Positions 47,441-57,118 of a DNA stretch of 64,000 nucleotides are shown here, piece by piece (position 1 is the first letter of the stretch; every line of letters starts with the position of its first letter). The stretch is from Candidatus Contendobacter sp. (GTDB lineage: Bacteria > Pseudomonadota > Gammaproteobacteria > Competibacterales > Competibacteraceae), in NCBI GenBank assembly GCA_031732935.1, contig JAVMKH010000176.1:3913-67912 (forward strand), in the 5' to 3' direction. Under the pieces are notes generated by a model. That model saw nothing but the letters and a program-made list of their open reading frames with translations. It made no database searches and had not been told where the DNA came from. Position numbers and translations under genes: made by a program.

Positions 47441-49309
47441 ATGTTCATATATCTTTCAAAGGGCGCTTGGGACAGATCAAAAGATAACCACCAGTGTGAG
47501 CCTAGTGAAGAAATCCTTTATGCGACACGAGAAAAACTTCCAAACATCTTATCGTCTTGTAAGTCATGGGCTTGCATAGTAGTTGATCATAATCAGATAG
47601 ATGCCCATCTCTTCCATTTAATGAGCAGACATCAGAAGACTCTTAAAATAGGTCTGATACCATATGACTCCACTCGTACCACGTGCTTCGCTTCACTCCT
47701 TGAACCATATCCCGGTCAAGATCCTGATAAACTATTGATGGGTTTCTATTCGGTAACTGCCGATCAGTATAGAGAATTTGGCGTTGATAACCAAGAGAAG
47801 CAAAAGAACCTTAAAAAAACTCACGCACTCTTATATTATGGCGTAAACCCATCGCCAGATATTATGAAACTTCAAGAAATCTTGAGAATGGAAAATTTAA
47901 CAAATTTTGCGGCCGTTATGAATGGCCGTCAAACTTATCTAACCTCGAACAGCGGATTAACTCTACACTCAACTTTCTCGAATCCAAGTGAAAAAAGAAT
48001 TATAGTTTCTTCGACTAGGTGCAAGCACTGGCTTCTACAATCATGTCATAGTCCTTTTAATTGGGAAAATAGCGGTAATTTCACTCCAATACCACTAGCA
48101 ATAATATTAAATGGAATGAGTCGTTCCGCTATCGCTAGTGTAAGATTACAGACATTTACACCTGGGCTTCTAAATCTATATCGGGAGCTTTCTTTATTAG
48201 GATATACTTTAGGAGAAATCAGTCAGAGATTGAATCTTTATGTAAGCAAGATTTATTGTGATGATCAAGCGTTTATTCTTTTCGGTCACCCAAATACTCG
48301 CATTGCAAAAACTAATTTAAATGATAGTAATAAGCAGACTAATGAGCTAACACAGAGAAATCAATTGGGTATTTCACTTATTAGCGAGCAAGAAATAAAA
48401 CGATCCCACATGGCTATATTGCGCGTAGAAAATCTCCTTTTAAACCTCAGTTTTTTAAGTGATAGTTATTTGTGGCGACACTCTAATCAAGGTAGGGAAC
48501 GGCGTGGTTATATAGCCAACATTACTCATGATTCATTAAGGAGTTTTTATAAAAAGATAAGCAAAATCGCGAGAAATCCATCTATAGTAATTAGGCCAGA
48601 AAATGCTTTAAGTATAGTAAAGTCCGTGGCGGACTCCATCAATAATAACTTTGATCTTGAGAAAATATCTATAGAATTTAAGAAATTTTGGCAAGCACAG
48701 GTAGGATACTATTATTCTTTAGATCAAATTTCAGACTCAAATTATCTTCCCGAAAAAGCGGAATTGCTTAACGATGAGCATCCAGTTTGGGGTGAAGGTC
48801 TTGTTCGAAAGAGTTTAGTCTATTTTGGAGTTCATCCTACACAAGATTTTAAAAATAGAATTCAACTAGTCAGCCCCAAGCATCTTATGGCAATGGATGT
48901 GTCTAGTATATATGAGAAGAATATAAAGATTGAATTGGAACAACAGAACCGGTCCCTACACATCAAAGCAACTTACACTAACCTATCAGGGATGGATCAG
49001 TGGGTTGATGGGTTTATTCAAATCAATGACCCAAATAACATTTCTGCTAATAGTGGTAAGCAGATTTCTAAATTGTACCTAGAAAAACTCAAATTAACTT
49101 ATAAAGATTACAAACCTTCTTCTTTATCAAGCGGCGAGTGCGCTACTTGCCAAATCGATATGGAAGATATTCCAGAAGATATATTTTATCTCTTAATTGA
49201 GTTTAATTTCTTTGTCGATTACTGTTGGAATTGGTGTTCGTTTGTTTGGCGTTCTCTTGGCATAGATACTTGGGTTAATTCAAGTGAATATAATTCTACC
49301 CTTCCTTAG
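47441..49309 (+). CDS. AT-rich hypothetical protein (622 aa); N-terminal half possibly caspase-like (CHAT/C25) fold
   Basis: Long ORF in AT-rich DNA with an AGAGG RBS; motifs WLLQSCHS, GYTLGEI and AFILFGHP. Fold assignment is by eye only. Confidence 0.75.
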   Translation: MFIYLSKGAWDRSKDNHQCEPSEEILYATREKLPNILSSCKSWACIVVDHNQIDAHLFHLMSRHQKTLKIGLIPYDSTRTTCFASLLEPYPGQDPDKLLMGFYSVTADQYREFGVDNQEKQKNLKKTHALLYYGVNPSPDIMKLQEILRMENLTNFAAVMNGRQTYLTSNSGLTLHSTFSNPSEKRIIVSSTRCKHWLLQSCHSPFNWENSGNFTPIPLAIILNGMSRSAIASVRLQTFTPGLLNLYRELSLLGYTLGEISQRLNLYVSKIYCDDQAFILFGHPNTRIAKTNLNDSNKQTNELTQRNQLGISLISEQEIKRSHMAILRVENLLLNLSFLSDSYLWRHSNQGRERRGYIANITHDSLRSFYKKISKIARNPSIVIRPENALSIVKSVADSINNNFDLEKISIEFKKFWQAQVGYYYSLDQISDSNYLPEKAELLNDEHPVWGEGLVRKSLVYFGVHPTQDFKNRIQLVSPKHLMAMDVSSIYEKNIKIELEQQNRSLHIKATYTNLSGMDQWVDGFIQINDPNNISANSGKQISKLYLEKLKLTYKDYKPSSLSSGECATCQIDMEDIPEDIFYLLIEFNFFVDYCWNWCSFVWRSLGIDTWVNSSEYNSTLP

Positions 49310-49321
49310 GGAGACTAAATA

Positions 49322-50239
49322 ATGAACAAACTTGAAAAGGTCCTCCTGTCTTCTCTTCCTTGGATTGGTATTATCACCACTGTTATCGCAGGTGTTTTGA
49401 AAGCTGTCGATAATCAAAGTAATTGGCCTCAATACCTTGTCGCAACTTCAGTTTTTGCATTCTGGCCCATCTTTATTATCAACTCAAAAAATGTCAATGA
49501 CCATATAAGTGAAGTCAATGACCATATAAGTGAAATTGAGAAAACGGCCGAGTATATCACTCAGAAGATTTCTGAAATTCCTAACGTTAGGTCGAGCGCT
49601 TCAATTCTTAAGAGCGCTATGCGGGTTGGGTTTCTTAATAGAGAGATCGAAATTGACAACCAATTTTGGCTTGAGTACTGTAATCGTGTTTCTACAGATA
49701 ATGAAGGAGCAGCATTGGAGGCATTGAAAAAAATTCTTGAAGCGTTGAGAACTAATACTGTTTCGGTTAAAAGTGAGGATGTTTACTATTTAATGGAAGT
49801 ATTATGCTTAAAAATTTGTAATGATGTTAATAAATATCATGCTGTGGCAACTCAGGTGGACTTAGAAATAGCTAAGAAAAATGATGATAATGGTATAAGG
49901 TCGAAGCATTTTATCTTCAAGTTTCCACTAGACTACCCAAGAAGAGTAAAAAGACTTTTCTGTGTTTCAAAGAGCGATCTCAAAAAATTACCTGATGATA
50001 TGAAAGGTCAACTGGGGGAACAAATAGACAAAGGAGTTGAACTCCACGTTTCCTTTAATGGCTTTAATAAAGATAATCCTCTTAATCACGGGATATATGG
50101 TGAAGTTGCTGTTGGTGAACTCGGATGTGATGGAACTAATAAGGTAAAATTTAGCAGAGAAGAGGCGAGAAGGAAGAGACAAGATTTTGATATCTTATGG
50201 AACAGTTCTATACCTCTTGAAAAAAGTCACTTGACATGA
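49322..50239 (+). CDS. AT-rich hypothetical protein (305 aa): 2 N-terminal TMs + coil + alpha/beta domain
   Basis: GGAG RBS; hydrophobic WIGIITTVIAGVL and YLVATSVFAFWPIFII; 21-nt duplication at 49493-49534 (VNDHISE x2); stop overlaps the next ATG. Confidence 0.75.
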   Translation: MNKLEKVLLSSLPWIGIITTVIAGVLKAVDNQSNWPQYLVATSVFAFWPIFIINSKNVNDHISEVNDHISEIEKTAEYITQKISEIPNVRSSASILKSAMRVGFLNREIEIDNQFWLEYCNRVSTDNEGAALEALKKILEALRTNTVSVKSEDVYYLMEVLCLKICNDVNKYHAVATQVDLEIAKKNDDNGIRSKHFIFKFPLDYPRRVKRLFCVSKSDLKKLPDDMKGQLGEQIDKGVELHVSFNGFNKDNPLNHGIYGEVAVGELGCDGTNKVKFSREEARRKRQDFDILWNSSIPLEKSHLT

Positions 50240-50523
50240 CCCAGACTGAAACTCGTCTCTACGATACGATGGAATACCTCAAGGATGACGAAGATATGGT
50301 GGCTTATCTAGATGCCGTCCTGGAGGAAGGCGATCCTGCGTTAATCACGGCCGCGCTGGGCGACATTACTCGCGCCAAGGGCATGACCCAACTGGCACGG
50401 GAAATCGGGCTGGGGCGCGAAAGTCTGTATAAAGCCCTATCCGCCGAGGGCAATCCCGAATTCGGGACCGTGCTGAAGGTGGTGCGTGCGTTGGGCCTGC
50501 GATTGCGCGCGCGGGCCGCCTAG
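50236..50523 (+). CDS. HI1420-type addiction-module antidote (Cro/HigA-like HTH antitoxin), without its cognate toxin
   Basis: YDTMEYL.D.E.M.AYL.A.LE.GDP..I..ALG.I.RAKGMTQLARE.GL.RESLYKALS..GNPEFGT.LKV..ALG. Confidence 0.9.
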   Translation: MTQTETRLYDTMEYLKDDEDMVAYLDAVLEEGDPALITAALGDITRAKGMTQLAREIGLGRESLYKALSAEGNPEFGTVLKVVRALGLRLRARAA

Positions 50524-50660
50524 GCCATTTCTTCCTCACCCCTGGACGAATTACAAGACGCGCAACTTTTCCAGCTCCAGCAGCCGGCGGAACCGAAAGA
50601 ATTCTGGGCTGTGACCTTTTCGCCAGGCGTCGACAGCGGCGCCACAACCACTACCAGGGG

Positions 50661-52142
50661 CTATCCCTCCAGCGCGTCCCGCCAGATTCCGGTCCAATAG
50701 CGGGTTACGGTCAGGGGCAGACCGGCCCACAGGCCGAACCAGTCCGCGTTGGACAGGTGGCTCCCGAACGCGCGCGAGTGAAAGGGGACCAGCCATCGAG
50801 TCGCCGACTCCCGGCCGCACTGCATCAGGCCGCTCAGGATCAGCACCTCGTCGATGGACGGCTGACCAGAGACATCGTTGATCACCCCGGTCAGGGTCAA
50901 CAGGGCCTTGCGGAACAAGGTGAGGTTTTCGGGAAACTGCATCGCGCCGGTGGTCCCCAGTTGGTCCAGCAGCGTCATCAGCCAGTCCATGCCCGGAAAC
51001 GTTCCCTGGCGCACCTGGCGCAGACCCGCCGCGACGGCGGCGCGCAGGGCCGACGGGTCGGATGGATTCCCCAGCGCCGCGAGCGCGCGGGTCATGCCGC
51101 CCTCGTCCTGGGTCAGGGCGCTCGCCACGGCCTGCACCACGGCGACGCGCTGCGCCTTGTCGAGCGGCGTGACCAGCGCCCAGTCCAGGATCGCCAAGCG
51201 GCCATCGTTCGTCGCGAACAGATTGCCCGCGTGGGGATCGGCGTGAAAACAGGCGGCCGATGAGGGGTTGCTCCAGAACGGCTTGGCAAGCAGGGCTTCG
51301 ATCAGGAGTCGCGCCAGCCGTTGCCGCTCGTCGGGCGACAAACCGGGATCGGTCACCTTGCGACCCTCGATTCGCTCCATCGCGGTGATGCGCGCCGTGC
51401 AAAACGGCAGCAGACCCGGAATGAGGACCGCTGGGGAATCAGCATGGAATGCCGCCGCTCGCGCCAGATGGATTTGTTCGCGGTCGAGGCGGATTTCGTG
51501 CGCCAACAGCCGACGGATGCTGTCGAGCGTGTTGCGATAATCGAGCGCCGGCAGTTGCCGATCCGCGCAGCGCTGTTCCAGAAAAACGCCGAGCGCCGCC
51601 CAGATTTCCAGTTCTTCGTGCAGTTGTTCCTCGACGCCGGGCCGTAGCACCTTGAGCACGCCCGAGAGCGGCGCGGCGCCGGCGAGGGGACGCCAAACCA
51701 CGGGTACCACCACGGCGACGCTGGCCTCGGCCAGTGCGGTCGGCGCGACTTCAAGACCCGCCACCGTCCCCAATTCCCGCTGGATGATGGCGGCGATCTC
51801 GACCATCGAGGTAGTCGGTTCCAGCGACTCCAGTCCTTGCAGATTGGCGCGCAATTCGGGCGCCAGGCGCCGGTCGCGCGCCACCACCTGCCCCAACTTG
51901 TGCAAAGTCGGGCAGCGGCGGAACAGGGTCGCCAGCCGGCGCGCGGGCGAGGTGGCACGCGGCAGTCGCAGTTGCTCGGCGAGGATGGCCGCCTGCCGCG
52001 CCGGCGACAGCCGCTCCAAAAAAAACCGCAATCCGTCCAGCAGCAGGGGACGATAGGCGGCGTGGGCCTCGGGCACGAACCCGGCGATTTGCAACTCCTC
52101 CAGCAAAGCTTGCCGGTCCAGTCGGCCGCTTGCGTTTGACAT
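50661..52142 (-). CDS. ABC1/AarF/UbiB-family atypical kinase
   Basis: CPTLHKLGQ, ALAEASVA, VLKVLRPG, EIRLDRE, FHADPHAGN, ILDWAL. Confidence 0.85.
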   Translation of the reverse strand: MSNASGRLDRQALLEELQIAGFVPEAHAAYRPLLLDGLRFFLERLSPARQAAILAEQLRLPRATSPARRLATLFRRCPTLHKLGQVVARDRRLAPELRANLQGLESLEPTTSMVEIAAIIQRELGTVAGLEVAPTALAEASVAVVVPVVWRPLAGAAPLSGVLKVLRPGVEEQLHEELEIWAALGVFLEQRCADRQLPALDYRNTLDSIRRLLAHEIRLDREQIHLARAAAFHADSPAVLIPGLLPFCTARITAMERIEGRKVTDPGLSPDERQRLARLLIEALLAKPFWSNPSSAACFHADPHAGNLFATNDGRLAILDWALVTPLDKAQRVAVVQAVASALTQDEGGMTRALAALGNPSDPSALRAAVAAGLRQVRQGTFPGMDWLMTLLDQLGTTGAMQFPENLTLFRKALLTLTGVINDVSGQPSIDEVLILSGLMQCGRESATRWLVPFHSRAFGSHLSNADWFGLWAGLPLTVTRYWTGIWRDALEG

Positions 52143-52161
52143 CGGTCATCCTCTCTCGTGG

Positions 52162-53184
52162 TCAGTGCGTTTCGGCTTCGCGCCGCCGTTGTTCCAGTCG
52201 GAAGGTGAGCGCCAGCGCGCCGCCACCGGCGATCAACAGGCTGAGCAGTACACCCAGGTGTTCGGCCAGGTGAGCGAAAAACAGCGTGTAGATTTGAATC
52301 ACCAGGAAAGTCACGCCATAGCCGGTCAGCATCCGCATCGCCCACCGCGCGCCCAGCCAGACCAGCGTTCCATTTAAGCCCGCCCACAGGACATTGAACA
52401 GCACCAACTCGGCGATGCCGGCGTGATACCACCAATCCTTGGCCAGATCGAAATTACCGAACAGGGACAGCAGCCACAGCGCCATTTCCGCGAAGAACAG
52501 CCCGGCGGACAGCCAGATCTTGCAGAATCCCCGATACCGCGCTAGCGGTCCGACTTCGCTCTGCTGGTGGATGACCGCGACGGCGATCATGACAAGGGCC
52601 GCCAGCAGGAAGCGCAGTGGGTAATTCATTCCGAACCAGTACGCGCCCCAACCGGAGGCGTAGCCGGTGAAGCCGCCGAACCAGGAGAAGAACACCACGG
52701 CGCTGAGCACCAGCAGCAACCCGTTGCGCAGCGCGTAGCTCAAGCCGACCAGCAATACCAGGTCGACCAGCAGCAGAGCCGGCCAGTTGCCGGAACCGGT
52801 GGAATAAATCGCGCCGAGGGTGAAGGTCAGGCCGATCAGCAGCAACCCGCCCAGCAGTTCCACGCTCAGGCCGGTCCAGACCAGCAGGGGACGGGCGCGC
52901 TTGAGCCATTGCCCGCCGCCGAAACTGGCGAGCGTAGCGACGCCCAGCAGCACCGCCAGCTTGGTCAGCGTGAACTCGAACAGGGTCCGGCCGAGAATCA
53001 CCAGACCGGCCATGACGCTGACCGCGCCGAAGATCAGGAACCAGCGGCCCAGCGACCGCCAGTCCCAGCCCTCGGTGGGATAGCGTTCGCGCAGTTGCCC
53101 ATGAGTCGTGGCGTCCAGCACACCCTCGCGCAGCAGTTCGTCCAGTTCCCGGCGGACGCGGCGATTGCGGGATTGTGGGTTCAT
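52162..53184 (-). CDS. DUF2157-like integral membrane protein
   Basis: N-terminal ELDELLREGVLD...QLRERY followed by about 10 TMs. Confidence 0.75.
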   Translation of the reverse strand: MNPQSRNRRVRRELDELLREGVLDATTHGQLRERYPTEGWDWRSLGRWFLIFGAVSVMAGLVILGRTLFEFTLTKLAVLLGVATLASFGGGQWLKRARPLLVWTGLSVELLGGLLLIGLTFTLGAIYSTGSGNWPALLLVDLVLLVGLSYALRNGLLLVLSAVVFFSWFGGFTGYASGWGAYWFGMNYPLRFLLAALVMIAVAVIHQQSEVGPLARYRGFCKIWLSAGLFFAEMALWLLSLFGNFDLAKDWWYHAGIAELVLFNVLWAGLNGTLVWLGARWAMRMLTGYGVTFLVIQIYTLFFAHLAEHLGVLLSLLIAGGGALALTFRLEQRRREAETH

Positions 53185-54161
53185 GGTTGGCGCTCCCGGT
53201 AAGCCTGACGCTCGAAACCGTAGCCGAGAACCATCGCCAGCGCCCCGGCGATGAGGAAAAACGTCCCGGCGGACAGCCGGTCCCAGAAGTGCTCGAAAAA
53301 GCGGGTGTACAAGTTAATGGCCAGGAACACGATGCCGAACCCCGTGAAGCGGGCATCGCGCAGCCGGGCGCCGACCACGATTTGCCCGATGCCGACGGCG
53401 GTGAAGAGCAGTACCCAGCCCAGCGGTTTCCCGAACAGGGTCAGGAACCACAGCGACAGGTTCAGGTACAGCAAGCCGAAAATCAGGTACAGCCCCCCGA
53501 ACCCGGCGCAGCGTCGCAAGAGACCGGGTTCCAGCCGCCATTCGTGCCAGAGACCCAGCCCGATGGTCGCCAGCGCCGCCAGGGCCATCAACCGCTCGTC
53601 CTGAATATCAGCGAAATAGGCGCCGTGTCCGCCGTAGGCGTGCCACGAACCCAAGCCGTGAAAGAACAGCAGCAGCGCCAGCAGCAGCGGCCAGCGCAGG
53701 TAATAGCGATAGGCGGTCAGGGCGGCAAGCACGCCCGTGAGTAGCATGATCGTCGGAATGGTCCGGCCTCTGGGTTCGCCGCCGAACGCGGTGTGCAGCA
53801 GCATGAAAGTGCCGAACGCCGCCGCTAGGCTGGCGGTGATCAGCACCGCGCCGGTGAAGGGATGAATCTGCTTGGGGTCGGTGGCCAGCCGCGCCCCGAA
53901 CCACCACAGCCCCGCGCCGATGCCGCCGAGCAGCAGCGCGGCCAGCAGGGCGGATTGCGCCATCATGGCGATGAAGGCCAGCACCGCCAGTCCGAGTTGG
54001 AAAATGGCGAACAGTCCCAGCCATTTCAGCAACGCGGTCAGGAATCGACCGCGCGTTTCGTAGCGCGGCAGTAAAACGTCCAGCAGCGACCGGTCGATCA
54101 ATCCCTGTTGATGCCAGTCGGTGACCTCGCGGGTCAGCAAGTCGCGGGTGGTGGGTAGCAT
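53181..54161 (-). CDS. DUF2157-like integral membrane protein (paralog)
   Basis: EVTDWHQQGLID...LLPRY followed by about 10 TMs; ATGA overlap with the downstream paralog. Confidence 0.75.
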   Translation of the reverse strand: MLPTTRDLLTREVTDWHQQGLIDRSLLDVLLPRYETRGRFLTALLKWLGLFAIFQLGLAVLAFIAMMAQSALLAALLLGGIGAGLWWFGARLATDPKQIHPFTGAVLITASLAAAFGTFMLLHTAFGGEPRGRTIPTIMLLTGVLAALTAYRYYLRWPLLLALLLFFHGLGSWHAYGGHGAYFADIQDERLMALAALATIGLGLWHEWRLEPGLLRRCAGFGGLYLIFGLLYLNLSLWFLTLFGKPLGWVLLFTAVGIGQIVVGARLRDARFTGFGIVFLAINLYTRFFEHFWDRLSAGTFFLIAGALAMVLGYGFERQAYRERQP

Positions 54162-54248
54162 GACGGAGTTTCCGGGTAGGGATGCACCCTTGAAGTATAT
54201 GTCCTCGCAAGGAGGGGCTGACCGATAGCGCCATGGGGTGGTCGTCGC

Positions 54249-55559
54249 TCAACTGGCGGCGCTGGGCCAGCGAACGATGACCCGCAGCCCCCGACCCGGT
54301 TCGGCGTCTTCCAGTCGAACGCTGACTCGATGACGGTCGGCGATGCGCTGGACAATCGCCAGCCCCAGTCCGCTGCCGGGGGCGGTGGCCTGGGCGCCGC
54401 GATAAAACCGATCGAACACCCGTTCCCGTTCCGCCGCCGGAATACCGGGTCCCGTGTCGCTCACGGTCAGCATCGCCTCGTTTCCCACCCGTTGAACTTG
54501 AACGTCCACCTGTCCACCCGCCGGGGTGTAGCGCAAGGCGTTCTCCACCAGATTACTCAACAGGGTACGCAATTCACCCGGATCGCCGGCGACGGTGGCC
54601 GCGTCGCTGGGCAGCAGACCCAGATCGAGATGGCGGTCGTCGGCGATGGGGGCGAACTCGGCGACGACCCGTTTGGTGAGGTCCAGCAAATCCACCCGCT
54701 CGACCGGTCCCGTGGTGGGCGCGGCGTCCAGCCGGGCCATGGCCAGCAGTTGCTCGACCAGGTGCGAGGCGCGCAGCAGACCAGCGCGCAATTCGGCCAG
54801 CGTCCCCGCCCGTTCCGCCGGGTCCATGGCTTGTTGCGCCATCTCGGCCTGAAGCCGGACCGCGGTCAACGGCGTGCGCAGTTCGTGGGCGGCGTCGGCG
54901 ATGAACTGGCGCTGGGCGTCGAGGGTATGCGCCAGCCGTACCAGCAGATCGTTGAGAGCGTGGACCAATGGTGTAATTTCCGCCGGCAGTCGCTCCGTCG
55001 CCACTGGTTCCAGCGCGCCCGGCCGGCGTTGCTGAATGTCGGCGGCGACGCGGTGCAGGGGTCGCAGACCGGCGCCGACCCCGAACCAGATCACCAGCGC
55101 CATGCCCGGTAACAGCAGCAGAAACGGCGCCAGGTTACGCAGGGCGGTGTCGGCGCTCATTCGCAATCGCAGCCGCGTCGGCTGCGCGACCTGAACGATG
55201 CGGTCGTTGGCGTGCAGCGCGAACAGCCGCCAGCGCTGGCCACGCCAGAGCAGGTCGGCGAAGCCAGGCTGGGTGGCGAAGGGCAGTTCCCAGTCCTGGC
55301 GGGAGACGTACAGCAACCCGCCGCCGCGATCCCAGATTTGCACCAGCAGATCGCCTTCCCCGTCGCTGGCCTCACCGCTCATCGCCAACGCCAGCAGGTT
55401 TTGCCGCCGCAGGGCCAGCGCCGCTTGCTGCAACTGGTAATCGAATAGGGTGTTGACCTCGGCGCGGGCTTGGCGATAGGTGGCGTAACCGGCGATGCCC
55501 AGCACCAGACCCAGACCGACCAGCAGGCCGACCAGCAGGCGCTGGCGAATCGAGGTCAC
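54249..55559 (-). CDS. QseC/PmrB-like sensor histidine kinase
   Basis: GTG 55559 (SIRQRLL), LFDYQL, H-box FIADAAHELRTPL, NLVENALRY, SDTGPGI, FDRFYR, GSGLGLAIV. Confidence 0.92.
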   Translation of the reverse strand: MTSIRQRLLVGLLVGLGLVLGIAGYATYRQARAEVNTLFDYQLQQAALALRRQNLLALAMSGEASDGEGDLLVQIWDRGGGLLYVSRQDWELPFATQPGFADLLWRGQRWRLFALHANDRIVQVAQPTRLRLRMSADTALRNLAPFLLLLPGMALVIWFGVGAGLRPLHRVAADIQQRRPGALEPVATERLPAEITPLVHALNDLLVRLAHTLDAQRQFIADAAHELRTPLTAVRLQAEMAQQAMDPAERAGTLAELRAGLLRASHLVEQLLAMARLDAAPTTGPVERVDLLDLTKRVVAEFAPIADDRHLDLGLLPSDAATVAGDPGELRTLLSNLVENALRYTPAGGQVDVQVQRVGNEAMLTVSDTGPGIPAAERERVFDRFYRGAQATAPGSGLGLAIVQRIADRHRVSVRLEDAEPGRGLRVIVRWPSAAS

Positions 55560-56218
55560 GAGGGTTCCCCAAGCCGGTAGCCGACGCCCCGCACGGTGCG
55601 GATGACATGGGGATTTAGCTTGCGGCGCAGGTTGTGGACATGGACCTCGATGGCGTTGCTTTCCACTTCCTCGCCCCAGCCGTACAGGCGGTCTTCCAGT
55701 TGCTCGCGCGACAGCACCGCGCCCGGCCGTTCCAGCAGGGCGCGCAACAGGGCGAATTCCCGCGCGGACAACGCAACCGGCTGGCCTCGGTATTCGACCG
55801 AATGAGCGGCGGGATCGAGCCGCAATGCGCCGATTTCGATCAGGTCCCGCGCCCGCCCGGCCTGGCGACGCAGCAGCGCCCGCATCCGCGCCAGCAGTTC
55901 GGCCAGATCGAAGGGCTTGACCAGATAGTCGTCGGCGCCGCTGTCCAGCCCCTTGACCCGGTCCGGGACGGCGTCGCGGGCGGTGAGAATCAGCACCGGC
56001 ACGGTCAGGCCGCGCCGCCGCCAGCCGTTCAATACCGCCAGACCCTCCTTGCGCGGCAGGCCGAGATCGAGCAGCACCAGCGCGTAGTCGGCGGTTTCCA
56101 GCGCCTGTTCCGCGCTTCGTCCATCCTGGACCCAATCGACGGTGAAACCTTCGCCGCGCAGCCCCTTACGCAGGCTGTCGCCGATCATCGGATCGTCTTC
56201 CGCCAGCAGGATGCGCAT
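55556..56218 (-). CDS. QseB/PmrA-like OmpR-family response regulator
   Basis: MRILLAEDD, LLDLGLP, LILTARD, GADDYLVKPF, ESNAIEVH, IRTVRGVGY. Confidence 0.95.
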   Translation of the reverse strand: MRILLAEDDPMIGDSLRKGLRGEGFTVDWVQDGRSAEQALETADYALVLLDLGLPRKEGLAVLNGWRRRGLTVPVLILTARDAVPDRVKGLDSGADDYLVKPFDLAELLARMRALLRRQAGRARDLIEIGALRLDPAAHSVEYRGQPVALSAREFALLRALLERPGAVLSREQLEDRLYGWGEEVESNAIEVHVHNLRRKLNPHVIRTVRGVGYRLGEPS

Positions 56219-56539
56219 TTCGGTTCGGGTGATAGAGGGTTAGAGGTGGCATTGGCTGCAATATATAACACTTAAGGGCTTGCTAACCGCTTAAAAGGTT
56301 GGCCGCGACTCATCGAATTTTTAGAAGAAGCATGCTCCCGCAAAATCCAATCCCTATGTATGAGAACGGCATTCTTTATCTCATCTTGAAAATGTTGATT
56401 CCATTGCTCGGTTTTTCTGCTATTTATGTAAGTTACGGCCAATTTCATTATTCATCGGCCGTTCCCCACCGGGCGGAAGTTGCCAACTCGTGCTTTCCTG
56501 CCCCGTCCGTCGCCATATTCCTCGCGGAGGAGAAAAACC

Positions 56540-56896
56540 ATGGCGCAAATGCAGCAGAGAGATTTTTCCCAGCCGGATGAAACGAGAATCTTTGATCGAG
56601 GAGAATTGAGGCTGGTGCAACTGGGTGGTGTCACCTTCGGCCGGGCAATCCTCCAACCAGGATGGAGATGGTCCACCTGCGTCAAACCCCTGGTAAACAC
56701 CGCAAGCTGCGAGGCTCCTCACCTCCAGTACCACGTTTCCGGTCGCCTCGGCGTGCGGATGGACGACGGCAGCGAACAGGAGTTCGGGCCGGGCGAGGTT
56801 TCTCTCCTGCCGCCCGGCCATGATGCCTGGGTCGTCGGAGATGAACCGGTCGTGGTAGTCGACATCACCGGCATGGTGAATTACGCCAAGCCATAA
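56540..56896 (+). CDS. Cupin-domain protein
   Basis: GGAGG RBS; PDETR.F..G, PGWRWS..VKP, C...H, GHDAWVVGDEP.V. Confidence 0.85.
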   Translation: MAQMQQRDFSQPDETRIFDRGELRLVQLGGVTFGRAILQPGWRWSTCVKPLVNTASCEAPHLQYHVSGRLGVRMDDGSEQEFGPGEVSLLPPGHDAWVVGDEPVVVVDITGMVNYAKP

Positions 56897-57118
56897 CGAC
56901 TAACTCGCCATCTCTCGCATCGCTCTTACCCATCGCGACAGGCGATGGGCGGTTTCCTACTTCCCCCACAGGATTCCAGGATAGGCGCCGGTTTCGCATG
57001 ATCCTGATTTTTCCGAACCGTGGCGGGCCTGTCACCCTATTTTGATACCGGGACGTGCTGGTGGCGGTGCTGCCCACCGCAAGACGTTAACGGTTTTTCC
57101 GATATGGAGGGCAATACG

